Assembly (NCBI GenBank): GCA_965652295.1
Contig: CBFGTS010000019.1
Location: 1 to 64,000, forward strand
Source: an uncultured Haloferula sp.
GTDB taxonomy: Bacteria; Verrucomicrobiota; Verrucomicrobiia; Verrucomicrobiales; Akkermansiaceae
Direction of reading: 5' to 3'
Length of the DNA stretch: 64,000 bases
Part shown: positions 33,044-40,921 of the stretch, piece by piece
Numbering within the stretch: the stretch's first letter is position 1
Layout: each line of letters opens with the position of its first letter
Position numbers and translations under genes: made by a program
Notes under the pieces: model-generated
The model's input: the letters and a program-made list of their open reading frames with translations, nothing else
Told to the model about the DNA's origin: nothing
Databases searched by the model: none

Positions 33044-33196
33044 AGCAGGATCGAGCTGGACCACCGGCGTGACCGCGACGTGTTCCTCAACCAGCTCTTC
33101 GCCCATCATCGCGGGCCGTTCCTCCGCGGCCGCCTACGCTGCGACGTCGGCTGGTCACAGCGATTCGCCCCCGCTGACAGCCCCTGCCTGAGGCCA

Positions 33197-35323
33197 TCAA
33201 TCGCCTGAGCTACGGGTCTTGTAAGCGTCCGGGTAGTAGGATTTGAGGAAATCCCTCACCCGCATCATCCCGACGAAATAGTCGTGGAAGCCACCATAGA
33301 AGAAGAGGGTATCTTCGGTTTCATCGTAAAGATAGGCGGTGCCGAAATTCGGACCTTCATACCAAGTGCCTTCCTTCGATACGGGGGCGTCGGGAAGGGT
33401 CCCAAGCTTGAGTAGTTTCCATGGCTCCCTGCCGTCATAGATGGCGCTGATGTTGCTGGGTTCGGAAGCCCCGGTGTAGCCATCGAAGGTGCAAGCGCAG
33501 ACCGCGGTTAGGATGTTGCCGTCGGGCAGGACGAAGGCGGAGCCCAAGGCATTGCCTTTCTCACCCCAGAAGTCATCCCGTGGCGGAAGGATGGGCTCGG
33601 GGTCGGCCAGTACCCAATCAGTCAGCGTGTTGGAAAGAAGCACGACCGTGTGAGGCTTCGGGTCGTCCTCCCAGTTCTCGCAATAGCCGATGAACCGATA
33701 GTCTTTTCCCCGATGGCGGATCGGGGAGAGTTCGGAATGGCGCTCGGTGTCGATGAATTCCTGGATCCGGTTGTTTCCATGAATGTCCCCGAGGTTTTTC
33801 CCGGTTTCCTCCCACTCGACGAATTGGCTGGATTCATTCGCTCTCCACCAGGGCTGATTGGCGCTGCCTCCGGTAATCCACACTTTTCCATCACCGAAGG
33901 GATCCCGAACGATATTCATGTCACCGGTGCATTTGAGGAGCTCATCATTGAGGCGGGTCCAATTCACCCCGTCGTCCGAGGTGGCGGTGCCATGAAAGGT
34001 GTCGTGACCGAATTTCCGCCAAACCATGTAGAACTTGCCGTCAGTGCCCTTCCAGACCGCGGGATTGCAGACATCGCTGGCGAGGACGGGTTCCTTTTTC
34101 CATTCCCATCTGAAGTTCCAGTCATCGAGCGTGGGATCGAACTTCACCTGGGCGAACTTCGAGGGCCCACCACTGCTGATCAGCAGCGGGCGGCGGGCGG
34201 CGGGGAGGTCGATGACGGTGCGGAAACTGGTGATGTTCTTGCCGGCTGAATCGTTCAGATAAACGATCATGCCATTGGAGAAGGGCGACCAGTCCACGCG
34301 CACCTGATAGGGAGTGCCCACCTCGAGCTTCCAGTCCTGCTCCTCGGGTTTGCGGGGGTGCGAATGGATCAACTTCAGCTCACCACCCATCGTTTTCCGA
34401 TAGGCTTCGAGCGCGTTCTTTTCTGGATTGAGGACGACGTAGGAAGCTCTCTCGCCGTCCTTGGAAGCGAAACCGATACCGGGCCGCGATTTCTCTCCGT
34501 CGGCAATGACACTCACCGTGAGGGATGCCTGGGCCATGGTCCGCCATTCGCCACCGGTGTCCGTCTTGTTGATGTAGACCCCGGGCGTCACCGCGTAGGC
34601 AGGGCCCGCATCGGGGGAAACCATGAACGAGGTGCTTCCGGCAGTTCGGACTTCCATCTTCTCGGATTTCCAGTGCTTCAGCCCGTCGCTGAAGTCATCC
34701 GTGAAGCCAGTGGCCGGCACGCCCCAAGCCTCGGTCGCCTGCGGTTCGTCATCCACCTCGTCGAGCCTCAGGGACATGTCCGTGGCCCGGTTTTCGAGAA
34801 CGGTGGACTTGAGGAACGTGAAGGTGCTCAGGTTGACGAGCGCGGAACGGGTGTAACCGCGAAAAACAAGGTAGATGTCGCGAACTCCTGCCTGGGAGTT
34901 GTCCACGTTGACGGCGACATTTTCCCACGTCTGCCAATCCCCCGTGCTGTCGAATTCCGCCACCCCGAGCAGCGGTCCGTCTTCCCGATCGAGCCGGACC
35001 TCGATTTCTCCGGCGCGCACGGTGGCAAAACGGGCTTTGAAGGCCGCCACCCCGCTGTCGAAATCATATGCTTTGTAAACGACCCATTCCCCGTTGTGGA
35101 TCCCGGCCAGATTCTCCCCCCCTTCGGAGCAAGTCTCGGTGCTGATGTCCCCCGATTTCCCGTCGAAATCCGTGGCGCGGATCGGGCTCAGCGGATTGTT
35201 GGCCGCCATCACCTGCATGCAGGTGGACAGAAAAACCCCCATAACTCCTCGGGCGACCCGAAAGGAAGCCGGTCGCTTGACACCTCGATGCTTGGGCGAC
35301 TCTACATTGCTCATTCTTTTCAT
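33197..35323 (-). CDS. CBM6 + beta-sandwich + five-bladed beta-propeller glycoside hydrolase-like protein (start uncertain)
   Basis: CBM6 motifs (IHNGEWVVY, EVRLDREDGPLLG, TGDWQTW, DIYLVF); C-terminal CNPAVWK, TSDDGVNW, FFYGG propeller motifs. Confidence 0.75.
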   Translation of the reverse strand: MKRMSNVESPKHRGVKRPASFRVARGVMGVFLSTCMQVMAANNPLSPIRATDFDGKSGDISTETCSEGGENLAGIHNGEWVVYKAYDFDSGVAAFKARFATVRAGEIEVRLDREDGPLLGVAEFDSTGDWQTWENVAVNVDNSQAGVRDIYLVFRGYTRSALVNLSTFTFLKSTVLENRATDMSLRLDEVDDEPQATEAWGVPATGFTDDFSDGLKHWKSEKMEVRTAGSTSFMVSPDAGPAYAVTPGVYINKTDTGGEWRTMAQASLTVSVIADGEKSRPGIGFASKDGERASYVVLNPEKNALEAYRKTMGGELKLIHSHPRKPEEQDWKLEVGTPYQVRVDWSPFSNGMIVYLNDSAGKNITSFRTVIDLPAARRPLLISSGGPSKFAQVKFDPTLDDWNFRWEWKKEPVLASDVCNPAVWKGTDGKFYMVWRKFGHDTFHGTATSDDGVNWTRLNDELLKCTGDMNIVRDPFGDGKVWITGGSANQPWWRANESSQFVEWEETGKNLGDIHGNNRIQEFIDTERHSELSPIRHRGKDYRFIGYCENWEDDPKPHTVVLLSNTLTDWVLADPEPILPPRDDFWGEKGNALGSAFVLPDGNILTAVCACTFDGYTGASEPSNISAIYDGREPWKLLKLGTLPDAPVSKEGTWYEGPNFGTAYLYDETEDTLFFYGGFHDYFVGMMRVRDFLKSYYPDAYKTRSSGD

Positions 35324-35427
35324 AAATTATTCTGACTCAAAACATGCGATCCCTTGGAGCATCCACGAGTTTACTGGGGCCGCCGGCGGTTGTGGTTCAA
35401 GGTGGAGGCAAGGGGTCCGGGACGCGC

Positions 35428-35640
35428 TCATTCCACAAGCTCGAGACGATAGAACGCCTGCCCGGTAGGTGCGTTGCTATTCGTGAAAGTGCCTGAAGTC
35501 AGTCCGCGCTCAAGATGGAGTATCGCCAGCGGGCGTTCCCCTGAAACAGGCGCGCACTCCGTGAGTTTGGATTTGGGCATGGATAGCAATGTTCCGACAG
35601 CATCCCAAGTTAGCAAAACTCCAGAAAAAAGTTGGCCACT
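35428..35640 (-). pseudogene. Remnant encoding a C-terminal domain of a large secreted protein (...SGTFTNSNAPTGQAFYRLELVE)
   Basis: C-terminus resembles that of 56543-59173 (GTWTDPEPLDGKAFYRVTLSE); no signal peptide or convincing start; upstream frame runs into the PepSY gene. Confidence 0.5.
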
Positions 35641-35741
35641 TCCCGACGATCGCAATGCCTGCAACAAGCAGGCTCCCCACATAAACCGCGGATCTTTGCA
35701 GATAATTCGTGCCCGCTCCAACTCCGCTGCTCGATGGAGGC

Positions 35742-36821
35742 TCAAGGCCGCTTTCTCCGCCGCTGCCACCAGATGCTCATCCCGCTGATGCAGAGGAGAC
35801 CCGGGGCGAGGCCGGCGGCGGCCCAGAGGGTCTTGGAGACGGGGCCTCCGAAGTTTCCGAAATGCAGTGGCTCGAAGGCGTCTTCGATCTGCGCCCACGC
35901 GCCTTGGCTGGTGAGGTCGTGGGCGGAAAGGAAGTCGCCGGTTTTCGAATCGAACGAGACGTGGGAGCCGTGCGGGCTGCGGAACCAGGCGGAGCCTTCG
36001 TGACGGCCCCACAAGGTGAACGGTCCGCCGGGTGCCCAGGGGAAGGAGATGTAATGGGTCTCAAAGCCGTCCAAGTGCTCGCGCGCTTTCTCGGGTAGGG
36101 CGGCCACGTCGAAGTCGGCGGCAAAGAGCTTTTCGTGAAACAGAACCTCGTCGGTTGGCTCTTCGTGCGGGTGGAGGATGTCCTCGACCAGATGCGAAAG
36201 GTTCCACCACGCACCGGTGAAGCCGAGCAGGAGGTTGAACGGCACCGACCAGACTCCGACGAGGCGATGGAAATCGCCGCTGAGCATGCGGAAGCTGGAT
36301 TTCCACCGCAGGCGGAAAACCGACTTCCAGAAACGGCGGTAGAGGTAGAGCCCGGAAATTCCGAGAAAACACAGCGCCACGCCGAGGAGGCCGGTGATGG
36401 CGAGGCCGATGTGATGCAGGAAAAACTCCATGTGCAGTTCCAGCAGCCAGCCTTTGAAGGTTGAGTGGTGATCGAGCGGATGGCTCAGGACCTTTCCGCG
36501 GTAGGGATCCACCGTCGCGTAGTGCCAGTCGCGGGTGCCGAATGGCATGACGAAGACACCGTCGGCGGCGCGGGGATCATCGCGATGGAAATCCCACCCG
36601 GTCACGGCGTGCTGCGGCAGGGCGGCTTCGACCGCGGCGACGAGTTCATTCAGCGAGCGGCGACCCTCCGGCGTGGGTTCGACGCGGGTCTCCGCCGGGC
36701 GGATGAGCGCGTCGATTTCCTCGTGAAACACCAGCAGGCTGCCGCTGAGCCCGATCACGAGCAGGCCGAGCCCCGCGAGGAGCCCGGCCATGGAATGCAT
36801 GCGCCAAAAGAGTTTTCTCAC
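35742..36821 (-). CDS. PepSY-associated TM helix protein (iron-uptake associated)
   Basis: WRMHSMAG, GLSGSLLVFHEEID, LELH, DFHRLVG, PLHFGNFGG. Confidence 0.9.
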   Translation of the reverse strand: MRKLFWRMHSMAGLLAGLGLLVIGLSGSLLVFHEEIDALIRPAETRVEPTPEGRRSLNELVAAVEAALPQHAVTGWDFHRDDPRAADGVFVMPFGTRDWHYATVDPYRGKVLSHPLDHHSTFKGWLLELHMEFFLHHIGLAITGLLGVALCFLGISGLYLYRRFWKSVFRLRWKSSFRMLSGDFHRLVGVWSVPFNLLLGFTGAWWNLSHLVEDILHPHEEPTDEVLFHEKLFAADFDVAALPEKAREHLDGFETHYISFPWAPGGPFTLWGRHEGSAWFRSPHGSHVSFDSKTGDFLSAHDLTSQGAWAQIEDAFEPLHFGNFGGPVSKTLWAAAGLAPGLLCISGMSIWWQRRRKRP

Positions 36822-36825
36822 GGCA

Positions 36826-39021
36826 TCAGAACTCGCAGGTCGCGGAGAACATCAGCGTACGGGGCGCGCCGACGGTCAGGTAGCCGGCGCCGGGAAAACC
36901 GCCGGCGGAGGCCCAGTAGTCGTCGTCCGCCACGTTTTCCACCCGCGCACGGAGGGTGAGCAGCTGACCGCCGGAGAGCTCGGTGGTGTAGCGCGCGCCC
37001 AGATCGAGACGGGTCCACGAGGGAACCTTCTGCGTATTGGCGGCGTCGGCGTATTGGGAGGTGGTGTGGAGGATGCGGCCATCAAGTGTGACGCCGGGAA
37101 GAAACGGCAGATCCCATTCGCCGGTGAGGTTCACTTGGGCGGTGGGCGAACCAATCTGATCGGTGCCGAACTTTTCGGTATCGAGGAAACTCACGCCACC
37201 CAGCAGGCGGAGGCCCTCGATGGGCTCGCCGAAGGCGGTGATCTCGAGGCCCCGGTAACGCTGGTCGCGGATTTCTTCGTAAATGCCCGCGGAGTTCACG
37301 CCGGCGATCGGTTTTTCACTCTGGAAGACGCCGATGGAGCCGCCGAAGCAATCGAAGTCGAACTTCACCCCGGCTTCGATCTGCTCGGTGACATAGGGAT
37401 CGAGTGCCTGGCCGGCATTGATGATCGGCACGCCGCCTGAGGCCGCGGGAGCGATGTCGCCCTTGGTGAGGCCCTCGATGTAGTTCACGTAGGTCGCGAA
37501 CTCCGGGGTGATCTGATAGAGGATGCCGCCGACCGGCGTGAGTTCGCTGCGCGAATAGCCGGAGGTGAGCGCGCCGGTGTTGTAGTCGAAGCTGTGGGTC
37601 TCGATGTTCTGGTAACGCAGGCCGCCGATCAGGATCAGGCGGTCGTCGAACATCGAAAGCATGTCCGCCGCGGCGAAGCTCGAGGTGCGGGTGCGCTCGG
37701 TCATGAGCGGCGCACCGAGGTTCCCGCCGACGAAGAAGTTGGCCGGCGGCGGCGTGACGGGGCTGGGGAAATAGAGATTTCCCGGGAACCCGGCGAAGTT
37801 GGAGAAGGCGTAGGCGTTCTTTGACTCCAGCTCGTAGGCAGTGGCGGAGAAAGTCGGACGGTGGCGGATCGGGCCGGTGGTGACATCGCCGCGGATGCCG
37901 ACCTCGCCGGTGATGATCGAGTCCTCGCGGACGTTGTCGAAGCGGTAGGAACTGGTGGTGCCATTGATCGCGGTGACCGTCGGGTTGGCGAAGGTGTTGT
38001 CCTCGTCGCCCACGCGCCCACCGAAGGCCGCCCACGCGGTCCAGCAGTCGTTGAGATCGAACTCGCCACGGATCACGCCGAAGAGATCGCTTTCATCCGA
38101 GTAGGTCCACGGCTGGGCGATGCTGCGGGAGGCGGAAGGCGCGGGCAGGATCGGTACGCCGGCACCGAAGGTGACGCTCGGCTGGGTGGCGTCGCGCCGC
38201 AGGTCCTGATAACCCAAGTCGGCGGAGAGGCGGAAGCGGTCGCCGCGCCAGTCGAGCCCGAAGGCCGCGAGTCCGAGGCCGATCGACTCTCCGTCGACCG
38301 CCGTGTCACCATCCCGCAGCACGCCGTTGAAGCGCACGCCCAGCTGTCCGTCGGCGAAGCGCTGGCTGAGATCCATGGCCCCATAGGCCTGGCCGCCGCT
38401 CTGGATGCCGGTGGTCAGCTCATACAGCGGCTCGTTTCCAGCACGCTTCGGCAGGACGTTCACCGTGCCGCCGAGGCTGCTGCCGCCAGGTGCGGCACCA
38501 TTCAAAAAAGCATTCGCTCCGCGGAAAACCTCGACCCGCTCGACGAGCTCGGCCGCGAGGTACTGGCGCGGCAGCAGTCCGTAGAGGCCGTTGTAGGTCA
38601 TGTCGTCGGAATAGACCGGCAGGCCGCGCAGCAGATAGACCTGCTGGAAATTTCCGAACCCCCGGGCCACGCGGATCGCCGGGTCATTGAGAAGCACGTC
38701 GCCCACGCTCTGCGCCTGCTGGTTCTCGATGAGTTCCTCGGTGTAGCTGGTCGAGTTGAACGGCGTCTCCATGTAATCGAGGGAGCCGAAGATCCCCACC
38801 CGCCCGCCGCGCGCCACCTGACCGCCGGCATAAGCTTCGCTCAGGCCTTCCGCGCCGGCGTCGGCGCTGGCAGTGATCACCAGGGCATCGAGCTCCTGCT
38901 CCACCGGTGGTTCATCGGTCCCCTGCCCCAAGGCAAGGCCGGTGGAAAGCGCGGTAAGTCCCAGCCACCAGCGGCGGGAAACGGGCGACATCGAAAGGAC
39001 GAAGGATGAGCGTGGGTTCAT
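36826..39021 (-). CDS. TonB-dependent siderophore receptor (FcuA/FatA-like)
   Basis: TonB box LDALVITAS, YAGGQVARGGRVG, ERVEVFRGANA plug motif, C-terminal Phe. Confidence 0.92.
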   Translation of the reverse strand: MNPRSSFVLSMSPVSRRWWLGLTALSTGLALGQGTDEPPVEQELDALVITASADAGAEGLSEAYAGGQVARGGRVGIFGSLDYMETPFNSTSYTEELIENQQAQSVGDVLLNDPAIRVARGFGNFQQVYLLRGLPVYSDDMTYNGLYGLLPRQYLAAELVERVEVFRGANAFLNGAAPGGSSLGGTVNVLPKRAGNEPLYELTTGIQSGGQAYGAMDLSQRFADGQLGVRFNGVLRDGDTAVDGESIGLGLAAFGLDWRGDRFRLSADLGYQDLRRDATQPSVTFGAGVPILPAPSASRSIAQPWTYSDESDLFGVIRGEFDLNDCWTAWAAFGGRVGDEDNTFANPTVTAINGTTSSYRFDNVREDSIITGEVGIRGDVTTGPIRHRPTFSATAYELESKNAYAFSNFAGFPGNLYFPSPVTPPPANFFVGGNLGAPLMTERTRTSSFAAADMLSMFDDRLILIGGLRYQNIETHSFDYNTGALTSGYSRSELTPVGGILYQITPEFATYVNYIEGLTKGDIAPAASGGVPIINAGQALDPYVTEQIEAGVKFDFDCFGGSIGVFQSEKPIAGVNSAGIYEEIRDQRYRGLEITAFGEPIEGLRLLGGVSFLDTEKFGTDQIGSPTAQVNLTGEWDLPFLPGVTLDGRILHTTSQYADAANTQKVPSWTRLDLGARYTTELSGGQLLTLRARVENVADDDYWASAGGFPGAGYLTVGAPRTLMFSATCEF

Positions 39022-39036
39022 GGGTTGAATCGTTGT

Positions 39037-39051
39037 TGCGACGCAGTCGCA
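39037..39051. promoter_or_regulatory. 7-1-7 inverted repeat TGCGACG-C-AGTCGCA, candidate Fur-family box
   Basis: 6/7 matched arms 15 bp upstream of the siderophore receptor start. Confidence 0.5.
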
Positions 39052-39110
39052 GGAACTGCCATGCACTGGCAGGCGGGTGTGTGTCAACGTTTGGGCGTGA
39101 ACCGCCCGGG

Positions 39111-40118
39111 TCATTCCTCCGGCGGCGCGACCTCCGGCCAGCCGTCCGCGGACCAGTGGAGCGGCATCACCCCGAGGGTTGCGCGGCCCTCCATGCGGTC
39201 GTCGGCCTCGAAGTGACAACTGAACCAGTTTTTGCCGTCTTTTTCGACGATCCCGGCGTGGCCGGGGCCGGTCAGCGGGCCGATTTTCATCTCCAGCACC
39301 ATCGTGCCGCCGCCGTCCATCAGCGGTGTGCCGTCCCGGGCGAGATAGGGGCCGGTGAGCTTGTCGCTGCGGCCGACCTGGATGTGATAGGTGCTCTGGT
39401 CCCCCCGGCAGCAATCGCCCCGGTTGATGAAGAGGTAGTAGTGACCCTTGCGTTGGTAGAGGTAGGCCGCCTCGATCGGGACGCCCCCCGCCAGGGGAAT
39501 CATCGGCTCGTCCGGATGCAGCCGTTTGCCGGTGGCGGGATCCAGCTCGACCAGTTTCAGGCCGCTCCATTGCGAACCAAAGGCAAGCCACAGGCGATCG
39601 TCGTCATCCAGGAAAATGGCAGGATCGATCGTGTTGAAATCGCCGCCGTCCCGCGAGCGCACCACCTCGCCTTGATCGGTCCAGCCGAACTCCGGGTCAT
39701 CCGGGTCGAGCGTCGGCGAGGTCGCCAAACCAATGGCCGAGTCCATTTTCCCGAAACTCGAAACGGAGTAATACAGCAGGTAGCGACCGTCCACCTGCAT
39801 GACGTCCGGTGCCCAATAAACTCCCCGGTTCTCCGGCACCGCTTCCGAGATCCACTCAGGCGGTGAATCAAAGACCGGCGGCCCTTCCTTCCAAGTGATG
39901 AGGTCGTCGGAGTGGAGCGAAGGCACGCCGCGGCCGGTGTAGAAAACCCAGTAGTGATCGCCGCAGCGGACGATCGTCGAAGGGTCGCGCGCCGTCACGC
40001 CGCGGCTGGCCGTTTCCTCCAAAGGACCACCCGGGGTGGCGGCGGCCAGGAGCAGCGTGGTCGCCGGGATCAGGAAAAGCGTGGCACGAAGGAAGGAAAG
40101 CGTGGGCTGGAGCATCAT
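39111..40118 (-). CDS. Secreted GH43 arabinanase-like enzyme (paralogue of 5257-6333)
   Basis: ARDPS, YWAPD, NTIDP, FGSQW, IEAA, GDCCRG, GPGH. Confidence 0.88.
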   Translation of the reverse strand: MMLQPTLSFLRATLFLIPATTLLLAAATPGGPLEETASRGVTARDPSTIVRCGDHYWVFYTGRGVPSLHSDDLITWKEGPPVFDSPPEWISEAVPENRGVYWAPDVMQVDGRYLLYYSVSSFGKMDSAIGLATSPTLDPDDPEFGWTDQGEVVRSRDGGDFNTIDPAIFLDDDDRLWLAFGSQWSGLKLVELDPATGKRLHPDEPMIPLAGGVPIEAAYLYQRKGHYYLFINRGDCCRGDQSTYHIQVGRSDKLTGPYLARDGTPLMDGGGTMVLEMKIGPLTGPGHAGIVEKDGKNWFSCHFEADDRMEGRATLGVMPLHWSADGWPEVAPPEE

Positions 40119-40172
40119 GGGAGTCCTTGGCTTACCTTGGTCGCCGCACCCATCTTTCCGCGCCCTTGGGGC

Positions 40173-40245
40173 AAAAAAGAGGGGCCGCGCACTCACGCGG
40201 CCCCTATAGTGTCATGAAATTTGTTCCGGGGTTGCCCCTTCGGAT
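40173..40245 (-). ncRNA. Candidate small RNA copy 1 (~73 nt)
   Basis: Promoter upstream; 5' hairpin with GCAA loop; UUUCAUGACA linker; terminator stem + U-tract; diverged copy about 510 bp away. Confidence 0.65.
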
Positions 40246-40251
40246 GAGGGA

Positions 40252-40299
40252 AAGATGACGGGCTTTGGGAGGTCTGTCATGTCCCTACTTTTTGGGACA
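40252..40299 (-). promoter_or_regulatory. Promoter (-35 ATGACA, 17 bp, -10 CATCTT) with abutting TGTCCC-N8-GGGACA palindrome
   Basis: Elements and spacing conserved in copy 2 while the spacer sequence has diverged. Confidence 0.6.
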
Positions 40300-40317
40300 C
40301 GGCGGGGAAGGAGGCGC

Positions 40318-40551
40318 TCACTTCGCTTCGCCCGGTGGGAGGGTGCGTCCGACGACCGGCGGGCTACCGGGGAGGATCCCCGAGGAGGGATCGCCGGAGG
40401 TGCTGGTTTCGATGACCGCCAGTGCGTCCCGGAGCTTGGTGGCGAGGGTTTCCACGAGGTAGTCGTTGGCTGTGGCGGGCAAGCTCCGGCGGCCCAAGGC
40501 AGCGATGAGGATTTCGATCTCGGCGGGGGTGAGAGGAACGGGTGTGGTCAT
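40318..40551 (-). CDS. Small hypothetical protein (77 aa) between the two sRNA cassettes
   Basis: MTTPVPLTPAEIEILIAALGRR...; purine-rich AAGGAAAGG directly before ATG; amphipathic helices. Confidence 0.45.
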   Translation of the reverse strand: MTTPVPLTPAEIEILIAALGRRSLPATANDYLVETLATKLRDALAVIETSTSGDPSSGILPGSPPVVGRTLPPGEAK

Positions 40552-40682
40552 CCTTTCCTTCCGCACCTGACATGCCACCGCCCGGGACACCCGCCTACGG
40601 GCCGAACCTCCTTTTTTCACCCGCGCGTGCCGCGCACTCTGCATCCGCGCCACAGCGGGAGGGTGCAAGCTGCTCCGAAAGC

Positions 40683-40754
40683 AAAAAAATGGGGGCCGCG
40701 CACTCGCGCGGCCCCCGGTTGTCATGAAACTATTACCGGGGTCGCCCCGCGGAT
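40683..40754 (-). ncRNA. Candidate small RNA copy 2 (~72 nt)
   Basis: 5' hairpin with GCGA loop; UUUCAUGACA linker; terminator GGGGGCCGCGC-GAGU-GCGCGGCCCCC + U7. Confidence 0.65.
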
Positions 40755-40760
40755 GCTTGG

Positions 40761-40808
40761 AGAATGCGAAATATCTCGAAACCTGTCATGTCACTATTTC
40801 GGGGGACA
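40761..40808 (-). promoter_or_regulatory. Promoter (-35 ATGACA, 17 bp, -10 CATTCT) with abutting TGTCAC-N8-GGGACA near-palindrome
   Basis: Same architecture as 40252-40299. Confidence 0.6.
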
Positions 40809-40921
40809 CGCCGGAGCGCGACGGCCTCTTCATTGGAGGATTGTAAAGCTCATCGGCTTGCGGAGTATCCTCCGCGCAGAGGAGATTCCGGACCGTCGGA
40901 TCTCCTTGCCTTGCTCCCCCC

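Noticed and set aside
33044..33196. Possible gene fragment between the PEP-CTERM gene and the CBM6 enzyme
   Set aside because: Too short; no family recognisable by eye
40173..40808. Direct repeats interpreted as att sites or IS ends
   Set aside because: Conservation tracks promoter and RNA-structure elements rather than a contiguous core; no integrase or transposase nearby
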